From Nymphaea colorata (Eukaryota), in assembly GCF_008831285.2 (NCBI RefSeq), contig NC_045138.2, positions 12,772,001-12,836,000 of the forward strand: DNA of 64,000 nucleotides. Reading direction: 5' to 3'. This document shows positions 1-14,226 of this stretch, in pieces. Both the position numbers and the translations under genes were made by a program. Each line of letters starts with the position of its first letter. Positions within the stretch are counted from its first letter, which is position 1. Under the pieces are notes generated by a model. The model made no database searches. It was given only the letters and a program-made list of their open reading frames with translations, and was not told where the DNA came from.

Positions 1-899
1 GAATGGTAATTGGGCTCGAGAATGAACACCTTGTTTAGCTTTTAAGGGTTTGAATAAATACGAGCAGCTTGATTCTTGCTGTCACTGTCATGACCTAGAG
101 GACTGCAATAGGTCCCAAAGAAAGCTTTGTAAACCCCAATAGCAAGGGATGCAAATGGGGCTACCGCCTCTTTAGGATGGTAGAAAAATAACCACTCACT
201 TTGAAAAAAAAATCATTGGAAGTAAGTTCAAGAGGTTGTAAACCTATTGCTCTAAAGCCAACATTATTGGGAGTCACTGGTCTAGAGCTTGCTACATGGA
301 CAGCAAAAGCCTAGGAAGTGATGACATTATACATGGCATGGCTAAACAAAATTGCATGAACTTAAGTTCTAGTAACTCTTGTACTTAAGTCTAAATAATC
401 TTCATACATAGTGCCATTATAAGGTAGTCTAGTTTATCAGCCACGTAACATGAGTCGGACAAAAACTAAAAGGTAACATAGAACTCATAGGGAAAGAGAA
501 GAAAAAGAAAAGAAATGCATAAATCATCACTACCTATAAATTAAAAGTCTCAAATTATGAGAATTCTTCCAAATGAGGATAAAGAAAGGAAATAAAGAGT
601 ATTTAAGCTTTGTTGCAAATGAAATATAAATAATTATGAGTTTAGTAAAGTTGAAGTAAAAGTTTTCTACTATGGGAGAGAGGTTTCCGTTTATATGCTA
701 ATAAATGCAAATTGAAGTGCAAGTTGATTTTTTTTTCTTTTTCATGCTGATATTATTTTGAAAAGGTTTCAAATGTCTAGTAGACAAAAATGTTGCAAAA
801 CCTAATTGTAGTTAACTTCATTGCAAACTTCATGAAACCTTACTCATATACTGAGATAACCCCAAGGTTTAAGGGCTTGCCATATGTATTAAATGTGAC

Positions 900-2160
900 T
901 ATGGCTGCTCACACGCTGAGTCGAGCTCCAACTTGACTGGACTCCAAAAACTCGATCTTCAGCTCAGCTTGAACTCAAGTCGAGTTCCATATAACAAGAT
1001 CGAGCTTGAGCTCTTTGGCCACTTGGACTCGTTTCACTTGTTTACGTCATGTCTTGTTTCTTTTAATTTGTTAGCTTGTCAACTTGTTTAACTCGTCAAA
1101 TAGTTTAACTCATCAACTCTTTTAACTCAACTTGTTTAAGTAACAGCGACATAGACATGTACAAGATCAAGGGAATATCAAATTGATCAGTTCTATTACA
1201 CCTAAAGAAAACCAAGTTGGATAGGTGTACTCTGTAGATAAAATTTGCAAAAGGGTAGCATTTCTTAATAAGATAAAATAAACTAAATATGCAAACACCA
1301 TGCTCAGTAATTTGTACAATGATCATTTTTTATAAAGGTAAGAAATTGGTAAGAAGTTAATCATATTGAGAAAGAAAATTGTGAAATAATTGGCAATAAG
1401 TTAGGCCATTGAAAAGGTGATGAACATTTGCTGGGTTGATATTCTAAGAAAAAGGAACGAAAATTGGGACATCCATTGTCTTAATTGAGATGCACAAAAG
1501 ACAAGGACCAAGTTGCACCAAGTTAATGCTTAATTATTAGAAAGATTATTAAAACTAGAAAACCTAGTCCCCAAAAAAATGTTTTGCAAAATCCATTTCC
1601 AAACAGCTCAAAATATCCAAAATTTCCTCGATCTATAGTTGCTTTGAAGTTCGAAGGAATATGCAAGAGACCCAGTAAACGGCTTCTATTAGTTGACAAT
1701 TTCAAGCACATTTTGGTGCATAGTATCCATAAATCCTCATTACACGTGAAGATCCATTCATCTTATCACCCACAAGACCCAAGGTCAAACAGTTTCACAT
1801 TGAACTCTTGGTCCATTAAAACTTCAGAAGATTTCAGGTCTTGATAGATAGTAGGTGGGTTGTGGGTCGGCCTTGTCATGCAAATATATTCTAATCCTTT
1901 AACAAAATGAACAATAAACAAAATTCGTTTTTTGCCCTAACTTGGTGAACCAGTTTCTGTAACTCAACTAGTTTTAGGTAACAAGCCAAGCCGAGTTTAA
2001 ACAAATTGAGTTCTTGCAACTCAAACTCGATTCATTTAACATTTTGAGTATAAGTTTAAGCTCATACTCAGCTCTTTTATAAATGGGTCGAGCTCAAACC
2101 AAGTTTTTTCAAGCGAGTTCGAGTCGCGCCCAAGTTGGCTCCACTCGTTGTGCAGCTATA
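900..2160. mobile_element. Non-autonomous hAT-type DNA transposon (~1.26 kb)
   Basis: Termini TATGGCTGC... / ...GCAGCTATA. Flanking 8-mers AATGTGAC (892-899) and AATGTGCC (2161-2168). Subterminal CGAGC/GCTCG-rich motifs at both ends. No coding capacity. Confidence 0.7.
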
Positions 2161-2931
2161 AATGTGCCACTGTCGTGCCCACTATTACCTTTTGTTGCAG
2201 TGGAGTTAGGTAGTTATGTATTCATTTTAGTCATTTGCTTTCGCATGCTTGGTTTATGCTTTCTTCGATATATTAATTCTGCTCAAGAATTAGCAACATG
2301 TAAGCATGAGACAATTTAATAACGCATGAAATGCACATATACAATAAGAACATGTATGTGTTTTAATGCTTTAAAACTCTTTTTTATGATGAATTAGTAG
2401 ATACGAGGGAGCCTCTGTTCAAGTTTCACCGAAACCAGAATTAAAATGAACAATTTGGAGCATAAATAGGGCTTTTAGGACATCCAAGGTAGAATCATTT
2501 AAAATAATTAATTCCAAGAGTAGACCCAAACCTGGAATGTGATCTAAGCCTAGGTCCAACATGTCCTCTAGGTGGCACCAACCTTTAAGTAAATTAGTTT
2601 TAGCTGGTGAGACTAGTTAGAAATAGGTTAAAGTTAGGTACTTATATGGAATTTTGCAAAACAAAATATGAGGTTGTTAACTATAAATACCCCACAATGG
2701 GGGAGGGCTCGGCCATCTTCTCAACCCCAAAGATTCACCACCTGCCTTTCATCTCCTCTTTTTACCAACAATTCTCCAAAGAAAACTCTCACTCATTGAG
2801 CCTCGCAATAATAGCTTGCTAGGGGATGCAGCCCCCTACTTTTATTGAACAAATATATCTGTACAAAAGGAAAGGATAACCCAAAAGATGAGCTATCCTT
2901 CATATAGAAAAAACATCAAAGATCAACATTA

Positions 2932-3780
2932 TCATGCACATAAAATTACATCCCTCCATTGCTTGATGTGAGAGGTGATGAAGTAACCGAATTCGGCTGT
3001 AGGATAATCCTTTTCATCTTTGACATTGTGGTGAAAATCTTTAACCAGCATGTAGAACTCCAGCCAGTCTTTTACCTTCATAATGTTGTCATAACTTCTG
3101 GTTGAGGGCTTCCACCTTGGTGCATATGGATATGAAACCACCACATTCTTTATAATACTTGAACATCTTTTCAAACACCTCCAACTCGCCTGTGAGCACC
3201 CTGCCCCTTGAAGTCAACAAAATCGACATACAATTGGCTCCATCACTAAAATAAGAGTTACCTGCAACTCTCAATTGCCTGCCATTACAACCTGTGTGAC
3301 CTCAAAGAAGAGCATGTTAGAAGGTTCTCTACACCTGTCAGAGCACATTAGGTTAGAAATAGCCCAAATGTGCACCAAGCCTTCTACCTCTTTAGGCCAT
3401 TTGATACCCAAAAATGTGTCCACACATGTAGACTAAATGTCTTCTTTAATGTATCTAGTTGCAACTAATTGTTCTTCATGAGTCATCTTGTTTCAATGCC
3501 ACTAGATTCACCAGCATACAACAAGAAAGGTGATTCTCCAACACACCCTCCTCCACCCGCCATGCACCTTCTTTTGCATCCACCGAATGATCTCGAATAT
3601 GAAGCTGCATGTGGGAGAATAGTTGACGCCAAACTTGGCCAAGCTCCCCTCCCAAATTTGTCTGGCCACCTTGCAATGAAGAATAATATGTTGTCACTCA
3701 TTGAGCCTCATTGCTGCCACCTTCTCCTTCTTCCTGGTATGATCCTATCTTGCTTCTTTTTCTTATAAGCAGTTAACTGC
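2932..3780 (-). pseudogene. Degenerate coding-like fragment, possibly a TE-borne Ulp1-like protease remnant
   Basis: Broken overlapping minus-strand ORFs (2932-3174, 3089-3274, 3483-3701) with protein-like composition. Only faint resemblance to Mutator-carried Ulp1 domains; no intact catalytic motif. Confidence 0.2.
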
Positions 3781-3896
3781 TAGTGCAACAGAGACTTTTC
3801 TAGGAAGTGCTTTCACATGAGGAGATTGGTCTTCTTCACCCCAGTGCAATGGTGATGCCAAAGCCAGGTATGTCCATAGTTTTTCATGCATCATAG

Positions 3897-4290
3897 CTTA
3901 GTTTGCATCACTGTGGCAAAAAACATTTTTATGTTTTAAACAGCGAAGTTTTTCTTAGGTATAATCAGGTGAATTTGAAAAAGAAAATACTGTAAATTTT
4001 TTAAAAAATTAAGAAGTCCTAAAAATTAGGAAAAAGATCAAATAAGTGAGAACCTAATAGCACAAACATAAAAAAAAAAGAAAAAAATAAAAATTAGAAA
4101 ATGAAAGCAAGTAGTTTGGCATTAAAAACGTGAAAAAAGATGCTTCAAATGATAAAAAAAGGAAAAAAAAAACATGAAAAGAATGCGAAAGCCCTTCCTT
4201 TTGTTTTTCTTGTTCTGGCGTTTTTTAAACGGCTCACTTATTTCTTGCATTTTATGTGTTTTTTTTTTTAAACACATTTTTTGTGACTTG
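3897..4290 (-). mobile_element. MITE, family shared with 33039-33375, 47768-48203 and 51393-52225
   Basis: A/T-rich core is the reverse complement of the 33039-33375 element; ends CATAG... / ...TGTGACTTG. Confidence 0.5.
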
Positions 4291-4815
4291 CATGTAGCTG
4301 TATATTCTCATGCATATTTTGTTGATAGCTCATATTTTCTGATTTCTATCACTGCATACGCATCCAGATCCCATTTTAAATTTGATTTAACATAGGAAGT
4401 GGTTCCTAGAGCGTACTCTGAAGAGGGGTTCTGAAGGTGCAAAGTAAGTAGCAACCTCCTTGAAGCTACCAGCCGCTTTAAGATGTCAAGCATTTGTCAG
4501 CATGTTCTTCTTTGGAAGGCCTAATCATTTGATTAAAGTTTTAGTTTTTCTGTCAGATTAGGTGCTGTTTTAATCTAATTTATGCTTGTGATGATCTTTT
4601 CATCCCATGATCTTAAATTATGTCATCTTCTTTTCGGGAGAAATCTAGACTGCAATTTGCGTTTTGGATTTAATATATGTTTCTCACCAAATCATTCTTA
4701 AAATTATATCTACAAGGTTTGGATTGCAAAAAAAAAAATTAATAAATAAATTTTAATGGGTTTGTCTCAAGTGATCTGGTTTTTACCAACTTTTATATTA
4801 TATATATATATATAT

Positions 4816-4846
<31 letters not shown>

Positions 4847-6612
4847 TATATATTTTGCAATGTTAAGTTTTTTTACATTCTGCAGTGCTGAAAACAGTCA
4901 CAAAGTACGCATTCTGGTTACCTAATGAACTGCCACCATCGCACACCATTTATAAAACTTTTGGCGTCATAAAATATTAAAAAAAAACACCCATAAATGG
5001 AATTGGATGGCTGATTTCAATTTTTGTAATGTATTTTTATTATATTACATTATATTATATTATATACTTTTATATAGAAAAAATGATAGATCCTAGATCA
5101 CGGACAAGAACCAGATCGGTTAATTTTTTGCTACAAAAAAAGTTTAAAACAAAATAAAAACATCCAAATAGGTCCCATACAGCTGCGTCGTTACTGGACC
5201 ACTCCCCCAGGCGAGCGCATATTCTCCATCTTCAGGTTCGGTGCAGCACTCGTCCTCTCCATCAGCAGCTCCTCTAGGATAGGTTCAGCATCCAAAACAT
5301 AACAGCATCAAATCCAAACAATGTAATAGAAATCAATTGCTAGGGTCGTCACCAGATTTAAAAGATTACCAAACTGAGAGTGCAAGCGAGGATCCCCTCG
5401 CAGGGTGTTCAGGCGATGCACAGGAAACGTAGACGCTCGAATGTTTATAAAAAATAACTTGATACAAAACAAGCTTCAGTTTAAGTCGTTTTTATGAAAT
5501 ATGGGATTTCTCCAGCATCAAAATTTCGATGTTATATAAGCCATTCAATTTTACGTCATATAAAATCTAATTATATTAAAAATAATTAACTTAACATATG
5601 ATTTCCATCAACTAATTGTTAAGATCATATCTGCGATGTTAGATCTTAAAAAATACGCCATAATTATTGTACTTATGTTGTATTTAAGCAGTCTGGCTTT
5701 TGCCCCAAACCTAGTAATCATAGGAAGCATCATAACTGACCCCACATTCCATATTTAAAGCTGTATTTCCATATAATGGCACAAAACTATTTCCCTGAAG
5801 ACCAAAAAAATTACACGTTACGAAGAATTAACAGCTGGTTTAACCACAAGAAAGTAAAAGGACCACATAATATACAGACCGAGTTGTTAAGGCCTGCACC
5901 CACACACTGGCGCCGCAGTCCAACTGCTGCTCAAAGACTAAGAGTTGAATATCTTCACTTAACATTTAGACGTACTTACAACTACTCCGAGCATCCAAAT
6001 TGACAATGTGGAAAAGAAAAAACAGAAGGCACAGAAATGGGCATGACGAGAGCACAATGTATTTCAAATCAGCCAAATAGAACAGGACATGTGAAGTAGA
6101 TCATCGTGCTCGCAGCCTAGCACGTACCCAGAGAGTTGAAGTCGCTAAATATACAAAAAGAAGCCTGAATGCGCTAAGAAAATAATTTCAAAGATACATC
6201 AACATCAGTTTATCAGAAGTAACCAAATTCAGGGTGGACAAAGGTGTTTACATAAAAGTCTGAAGGTATTCTGGCAATTCACTTCAACTATCGGGACAAG
6301 AAGTCCTCTTAAAGGACGAAATAAGCAATCAAAATGGCAACTCAAGTGGAACTAGCAGGCTATCTGCTTATCCTCACAGAAAGCCCAGCTGCAAAAGAAT
6401 TTCAAAAAGATACCAGAATAATAGAACTTTCAAGACTGGGAGGGAAGCCATGCTCTCTCGTGTCCCCTCTCCAGGTTCTGCTTCTGATGTTGTAATAGAA
6501 ATTTCTCAATCCACCCAAGAAGGATGCAGCATTCCTGGAATATATATACATAACAATTCCTTTGAGGCCCTTCATATGAAACTAAGAAAATTTTATCATT
6601 TCCTTTCATCTT

Positions 6613-9600
6613 TTATCCTCCTCCATTTTTGTTACTTGATCCAGAAGCCAGCACACCTTCTGCAACCAAGTCAGAGTGCTGACATGCAGATGAACTGTGA
6701 ACCACTGTGGTTTTGTTGTCCACTGAATGTGGTTCTTGATCTGGGAAAGTTTCTGCCAGCAAGAAAGGGGCAAATGCATTCACATGCATCCATGTCAACT
6801 CCCATAGGCTGTCACCACCTAAAGCACTTCTCTGAACAAGAACTCCTCGGTTTTTCATCACAAGAAGTATATTTTTTAGAATTTCAGGCACCTGCTCCTG
6901 AAGCTTATCACATCTCTTTCCTCTAATTTTAGCCTTTCCATACTTATCCATCCGTGTAAGGATACCAAGCCACATCTTACAAAAGCTAGGCAATGAAGAC
7001 AGATCAACCAGCAATTGAAGAAAAACCTTGGATAACAGTTTCAGTGCTAGAACCATAGAACCTTCCATATTTTTGTAGTCTTTAGGAGAATGCCCCTGTG
7101 CAATCTCAAGCAGGTCATCAATCAAAGTAAACACGATATGATCAAAGCAGTGCAACCATGCAGTTGGAGTGACCCCAATCCCATCCGCCGTCGTCAAGCA
7201 TCGCTGAAGCAAAGATAAAGCATGGTTCCTCACCTCCTCCCTCTGTTCAAGACACACTCTCCTCAAACCTTGCACCAACTTCAGCCACATCTCCACAATA
7301 TCCTGTGATACCTTAGAGGAGTCATCTCCTCCTTCTTTGGCCACTGAATGCCATTTTGCAAGGCAAGGGAGTGATTCAGCCATCAGATCCAGCGCCCTAA
7401 GAGATCTGTCTGTTAAACCAAGACGGGACTCAGCAAACTGCCTCGATGCATCCAAGCAAAGCACATAATTTGTTGGTGAGAGGTGTGCACCCTCGACCAT
7501 GATAAATGTAAGCGCCTCAAACCCAGCTTCAGATGCTTCAGGATGTCGAGCTGTGATAGACAACAGTGAACAGATGGTTCGCCAGCCAGGTTGAGACCGA
7601 ATATGTGCAGCATTAGCTTTCACAAGACGCATAACTTCCTGGGTGATGTGCTCACAGTAAGCATCAGCTACACGAGCGTCAAGCTTTAATATGAGCTGTA
7701 GGGACCTTAAGAGTTCGTCGGCCAAGTTTTCCTTATACGGAAGCAGCCTTTGGCAGATACGCAGGAGTCCAAAAACAGCCTTCTCAACAAGAGCACAAGG
7801 CATCACTGTTGACTGTACAATACTGGCTATATGTTCATAAACACCTTGCCAAAGAAGAACAATTCGGTCGCGGTTGTTCAATGTGATGGCAATCAGCAAC
7901 TCCAAGCAAAATACTGCAGTGTCTTCATCCTCAGGTGATGGATTCCCTTTCTGAGGCCTACCAGCTGCCCATATAAGGGCCCTAGCAAGCTGCAAGAGTG
8001 AATCTGCTTGCAAGAATTTACTTTCAGTAAAAATGCTATCAATATGACATGTCTGGATTGTCTGAAGAGTGCGTTGATGAGCAGCAAGCTGCTGTTCAGT
8101 AGGTTGTGACCTGGGTTCTTCTGTGTCAAGTGACAACAATTGACTAAATCTACCCATCAAACCTGCAGATCTTCGAGGCGTACCCATTGGTGTCATATGG
8201 GACACTGATACAGCACCAGGGGCAGGTTTCCCATGGCTAGAATCTGTAGACACCTCTGAATCATCTGCTGCATCACTGGCAACTCGAGCAGGCAAAAGCC
8301 CAAGCTTGTGCAATCTCAAGATGCAATCAAGGATGTTTCTCCAACCACTGCGTATGTAATCACCAAATCGATTAGCGATAGTGAAGACAGTAACAGTTGC
8401 CATCCTTGCTTTAGTATCATCACCAAATGCAATAACTGGTTCCTCAGATGACAGAGGATTTAAAAGTGTTGTGGATTTGCAAAGAGAAACAACCAAATCA
8501 TCCAATACATCTTCAAGATGGTGGCACGCAGAGATCTTTGCTACTGCCAAAAAGCCTTCAACACACATGTGGAAGACCTCTTCATGTTGTGCATGTTCAA
8601 ACACAACTGAAATGGCTGCAATGGTAGGGCCAGACATGATTGCAAACATATCATGATCAAGAAATGCTCTCGAGTCACAGGTGATATAGGGGGCAGTCGT
8701 CTTCGATTTCCTCATGAGATCAATCCAACGACTAGGAGTCATCTCCGGAAAGCCAGCTCCTTGTTCTGGAGTTGTACGAATTTCATTTTTGCAGATCGAA
8801 TGATACAGATCAGAGAGAAACTCTCTAGGAAGGTCTCTACCACCATTAATAGTTCGATTGTTTCGTATAAAATCCTCTTCTGTCATTTTCTTCTTCACCT
8901 GAACATTGTGTTGATCTGTATTAAGCATTATGATAGAATATGACAAGACTAGAGCAGCATCTTTGTCTGCAAGAACATAGGGTGATTGCTCATAATATCT
9001 TTCGGAGAATGCCTCAAGCACCCTCTGTATCTTCTGTGATTCTCCTGGCAATCTGAAAGTTTCCAAAAACAGCCTTAGAGCAGTATCCAAGTTCATTTCC
9101 TGGAAATCAAAAGTCCGAGCAAATTCATGCAGCACCTGTACACAGAAATCATCGTGATTTCCCAAAAAGTCGCCAACAAGACTCTTATCCAATCCAGCTG
9201 TGTACCTGAAAAAGCAAGCCACGCTTTGAGGATCAAGCTTATCGGGCAATAAATGTGTCCCTTGGAGGAACTCTAGCCCTTTCTTAGGATCCCTGTTAAA
9301 ATGGTTTGCTCCAATCATCAGCTTCCTCTTGATATATTTTCTGCGGCGCACAAATTTGACCCAATAATTAGGATCATTATAGCTTTCACACTTAACAGTC
9401 CAAAATGCTGTGTACTCTTCCAGGTCACTCACTGGGCCGTGGCCCAAAGCAGGAGATGCAGAGCTAATCCTTTCAGCCATGCCCTGAATGACAGCAATTA
9501 ACCCTTCCAAGGCAAGGACATGCATGGCAGAAAGCGGACAGTTGACAGGAAATGCACTCTTTGATAGCAAGTTAGCAAGATCTTCAAACACATTACTGCA

Positions 9601-11101
9601 CGTTATGTCACAATCAAGGTTTGCGTACATCTCTGCCATGAAATTCGGCTGCCTGCAGAAGTCAACAAGAGCTTCCATTATGACTTCCTGCTGCTGGAAT
9701 GTAGCTCCATATCTGCTCTGTGTGAGTCTCAGTACAACACATGAAAAGAAAGCTTCAAGCTGAAGCTTCAGTTCCTCCCTCAAATGTAGGTACAAGTTCA
9801 GCACAATGCTGCAGACCATTGACAAAATTAGTGGACTCATTGACAAACCAAACTGCATCAAGTTCCGAAAAAGCTCATCCTGCACCAATGCCAACAGTTT
9901 TGGGTGCTGACGTATAGACAACCCTCCCAATTCTATAGCAGAATTGATTAAGCCCAGAGCAAAAAGTGGGACATCTTCATCAAATGCTATTGGGTTTGAC
10001 TGTGGCCCCACGCCAACATGCTCACCTATATTCAAAAGTGAACACATGAAATGAAATATCTCAACCATGCAGGGAATCCCATAGGGTTCATTCATAAGAT
10101 GCATATCATTTGGTGACTCCAAGTTATTGGCAATCTCCATAGAGTTATCATCTACCAGACTGGATGCTGGAACCACTGAAGCATTTGAAGGGAAAGACAT
10201 AGAAACAAGTGGGACATCAGGTTCAAGGTTCCCATTCCCATTATCACGGGACTTATTCCCAAAGCTGTAGTCCTTTTCATGCCCATCCACCTGCAAAAAG
10301 AAAAATGGTTAGCATTTTCAAGAAAATATTGAAGACTTGCATAAAAATTGTGTTCCTTACAAGAGCATCTGGATTGTGACGAGATCCCTCTTTACTAGCC
10401 AAGGTAGACTCCAAGTGCCCAATATCCGGTAAATGAGAAAATATACACCTGACAAGCTCGTGCATGGTGTGGCGGGCTATCCTCTGAAGCAACTCACCCT
10501 TTGTGCCAGCTTGATGGACCACACGGAAACACGTGTTCACTATAGTGCAGACATGTTGATTGTGCAACATAACTGATGCTTTACTTTTCATGCAGGCAAG
10601 AAGAACTTGGAGAATCTTCATCAACACGACTTCTTCAGATGCTGGGTCAGTCACCTCAAACCGGCAGCTGGTCACAGCGTCCACTACCATATGCATTGCT
10701 TCTTCCACGTTTACGGTACTTAGATCAAAAATCTCCAAAGTCAAAATCTTGTATACGGAAGATAAGGCCACCCCTGTGATTGGTGCACCAGTCTCATCTG
10801 ATCGAATCACATCTAAAAATGGCTTAAGGTACGTGGTTGGATTAATCGTCTGCCACTGCTGTTGCCATGAAAAGATCTGCTTCCGAAGTGCCTTTAGTGA
10901 ATAAACAAGAGCATGCTCTGATTGATCATCACCAGTCATATAACGACCGCCCCATCGTACATTTCTCCTCATGACAGCCAAAACAGCACCCACCTCTGAA
11001 TTTACCATGCAGGCCAAGGCTGCTCTTTTTGATGAACATTCATTATCCTCTGGTTCTTCGGCAATTGCATTAATTTCTGTCTGCATCTTCGGGCGCCCCA
11101 T
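6613..11101 (-). CDS. GNOM: ARF guanine-nucleotide exchange factor GNOM (GBF1-class Sec7 protein), ~1472 aa; exons 11101-10361 and 10290-6613
   Basis: N-terminal DCB region (LAVMRRNVRWGGRY..., DETGAPITGVAL), HUS box (YANLDCD), Sec7 FRLPGESQKIQRVLEAF with the catalytic Glu, and YSIIMLNTD. The 70-bp GT-AG intron 10291-10360 joins the two ORFs in phase 0. Confidence 0.96.
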
Positions 11102-12250
11102 TTTGAAGCAACGTGTAGCAGAAATTTCAAATCCCTTCAACCCCAGCGACAACAGCAACAGAAAAAATGCATGAAGCCTACATCAACGAAGCATTTCTGG
11201 CAAGAAATGCAGTATACCTAGACGAGGGAGAATCCCATTGTTTCTCATGGATGCAGAATTATAAGTTATGTCTGATAAGAACATCAAACGCTGTTATTGT
11301 TGATACCAAGCCCTACAGCAAATTTAAAGAACAGAATTACCAAAAGCTCAATAAAGCGAGATTTGACAATCAATATCAACACCTAATAAGCCAGTATCTA
11401 CAAAGTAATAGATCTATTTACTCCTCAAAGAACAAAAGTTCGGTCTAGTAAAAAGGCAGCAGAACAAAATTCATCCCTCAAAGGATCACCTGATTATGGA
11501 GGAACCACAAGATTTTTGAAAGTGAAGCTACAATCAACTAAGCAAGAAGCTAGTCATGGTCAATCATTAGAACAAAGTCGATGCCTCCAAGAGTTTTCAA
11601 TATCCCAAAACACATGTCAATTGAGCTCCTCATCAAATATCGAGGAAGTTCAACCAATGGTGAAGCGACGGAGCAAGATTGCAACATCGAAATATAGATG
11701 CTCCCAAATTTTTTCCTCGTCACCGCCGAATCACAGAACTTAAGAAAGTAACCGATTTAAGGGTCGATCCAACACGTTCAAAAATCGCGACAAAGGTTTG
11801 AGTTTTGGGAAAAAATTAATAGTAATGGAACAAACATCAGTCGACTTTGGAATTCAACAATTTCCCAAGATTCGACCCGATCGTAAAGCTCCAAAAGAAA
11901 GAGAAACAGGATGAAGAAACACCGTAAAACACGAATCCTACAAACACCAGTAAGGAGAAAAAAAAAACTCCAATGATCCCCCTGCACTCAAGAGATATGA
12001 ACCCAAAAGGACAAGAAAATACCAATACATCTGCCACGAAACATAATCAACGCAAAATTAAACCGCATTTCTTGGAAACCGAGTTGATCGAAACCCTAAC
12101 TGATCAAAGCACCTACGCAGCACACTAGATTCTAAACCACAGCGTTAGATCCGGCGTACCTCATCCATAGGGATCAGGGCTGGGGCTAGGGTTTGACGCA
12201 CAGAGACACAGCCAGAGAGAGGGAGAGAAACTTTCGCTCCTTCTCCCGTT
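11102..12250 (-). promoter_or_regulatory. Predicted GNOM 5' leader: UTR exon ~12250-12160, intron 12159-11218, exon 11217-11102
   Basis: Donor GAG|GTACG at 12160/12159, pyrimidine-rich acceptor CTCCCTCGTCTAG| at 11218, telo-box-like AAACCCTAG at 12186-12194, and a CT-rich leader. Confidence 0.55.
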
Positions 12251-12782
12251 TCTCTTTTGCAGGAAAGAGAACGCCTATCAAATTGGCACTTGAATAGTCA
12301 AACTTTCTTCCTGATTTAAAGCGCTTTATCAAAAGCGATTTCTTCAGCAGATCCGGTCCGTGTTCACATATAGATCCAGTTATCAAGAACTAAACCACGC
12401 AAAATGTGTTTACCAGAGAAGTCAAGATCGAGCTTCGACCTGGCATCTAAAGCACCACCCGAGTGAAGGCCAGCTTCGGTCAGGAACGGCCGAAAAGAAG
12501 GAAAGCTCGGACGTCCAACTGATATTTGGGTTTGGACTTGCGCCCTCCAATTAGTATCCAATTCGTGATAAGTGTAGTAATATAGAATTCACGTCGACCT
12601 CAATCTCCTCTCCTAGGGGCGGAGGTAGCGGGGTTTTATGGGGGGTATGCCCCCACAAAGTTCATTCTATTCTTTGAAACCTTAATGTTAAAACTAGGTG
12701 AACTTTGGTCCATTTATATCATGTAACCCCACCAGATCCAGAGCACCCTCCTATCATCAATTAAAATTTTGTTTACCCTTAT

Positions 12783-13145
12783 GGCCTGTTTGGTAGGAGG
12801 GAAAGGGAGGGAAAGGAATGGATGGAAAAGGAGGGAAAGGAAAGGGAAAGGAAGAGAAAGGGAAGGGAATGGAAAGGAATGGAAAGAGTTGATTAAAAAA
12901 GTTGTTTGGATAGAAAAGGAAGGGAAAGGAATGAAATAAAAAAAAAAGACTAAATAGCACATGGATTTAGAAATAGGTGAAAGAAAAGGAGGGGTAGTGT
13001 GGGAACAAAAAACTTTTCCACTTACTTTCTTTCCTTTCCTTCCCAATCCGTCCGATTTGGGAGGGGAGGGATTTACACTAAACAATCCATCCATTTCTTT
13101 TCCTTTCCTTTCCTTTCCTTTCCCTCCCCTTGCAACCAAACACGC
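12783..13145. mobile_element. Tourist/PIF-like MITE (fold-back, GGAAA/TTTCC-rich) upstream of GNOM
   Basis: Termini GGCCTGTTTGGT / ACCAAACACGC, with a purine-rich arm and a complementary pyrimidine-rich arm. Confidence 0.65.
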
Positions 13146-14226
13146 TTTGCCCCTTTCCCTCCTTTCTACCGTTTGCAGTCCAGAAAAACAGTGCCCACAT
13201 AATTGAACCGACAAGCAAACTTTCATTGGTTCACCAGTCCAACCAATTATACTACGCCTTTCATAGTAGACTTTAGTACTTGCCTAGGGTAATTTTAAAC
13301 GTAAAATTAGGAACTTACGCAGCTTGATTTCTACTAATGGAACCACAGTAACAGCAAATCTTATTTGGGAGGGAGATATGATTGTAGAAAAGACAGGTTT
13401 TTATTACATAAGTGCATGTGTTCTTGGATGTTTTGAGGGAAAAGCGAGACACAATGGTGGATGGGTCTGCAACCTGCATTTGATTCATCACCCACTCCAT
13501 GGAATAATTGAGTTCCTCTATTATACAAGTTTGCTGAACACACGCTTATAATTTGCCCATGCAAGGTTTACATCATCCAAAAATTGTGGTTTTTTATCAA
13601 AAGTATAAAAGGACTGGAGTTTTAGATTCCCACTTGAGTTGGGTGATTAGGAGTATCTCATCCTACCGTCCAACAAGGGAGCCAAAGCCTATACCCTTTC
13701 CTCTGATTCTCTTAAAGTACCAGACCTGCTTTTAGTGTCTTAGAATTTCCACTAAAGCTAATAGCATGACATTAAATTTATTAACATACTCGCCCATTGA
13801 CTTTATGCAAACAAACCGCATGTATGACCAACTTTAGCCATGTTTGTATAATGACCCCTCATTTTCACTTTGTTATGATTTGTAATAAATTAGGTCTTAG
13901 ACCACTAGGTTAGGGACAAAAAACTAACTATTTGAATGCAAACATTCAGGGTTTTTTTTTAATTTTTTTTTGTGATCTAACCTTATGTAGATATAATCTC
14001 AATAATATATTGAAGGGAAACATACATTAAGTTAATCGTTTTTTTATTTTGATTGTATTTTTATACATCAAAATTTTGATCATGGAGAAATCTTCATTTT
14101 TCGTAAAAACAACATAAACTAAAGCAAGTTTTATACCGAATTAGATTTTATAAACATATTTTGATGCTTTTATTTTGTTCAAAATAATATGTTAACAAAA
14201 ACTTAAATGTCTAGTTTTTATCGATG

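Noticed and set aside
6450..6926. 158-aa plus-strand ORF antisense to the GNOM 3' end
   Set aside because: No recognisable motif; likely a shadow ORF of the coding strand.
10277..11158. 293-aa ORF as a separate gene
   Set aside because: It is GNOM exon 1 read through into the 70-bp intron; the true start is ATG 11101.
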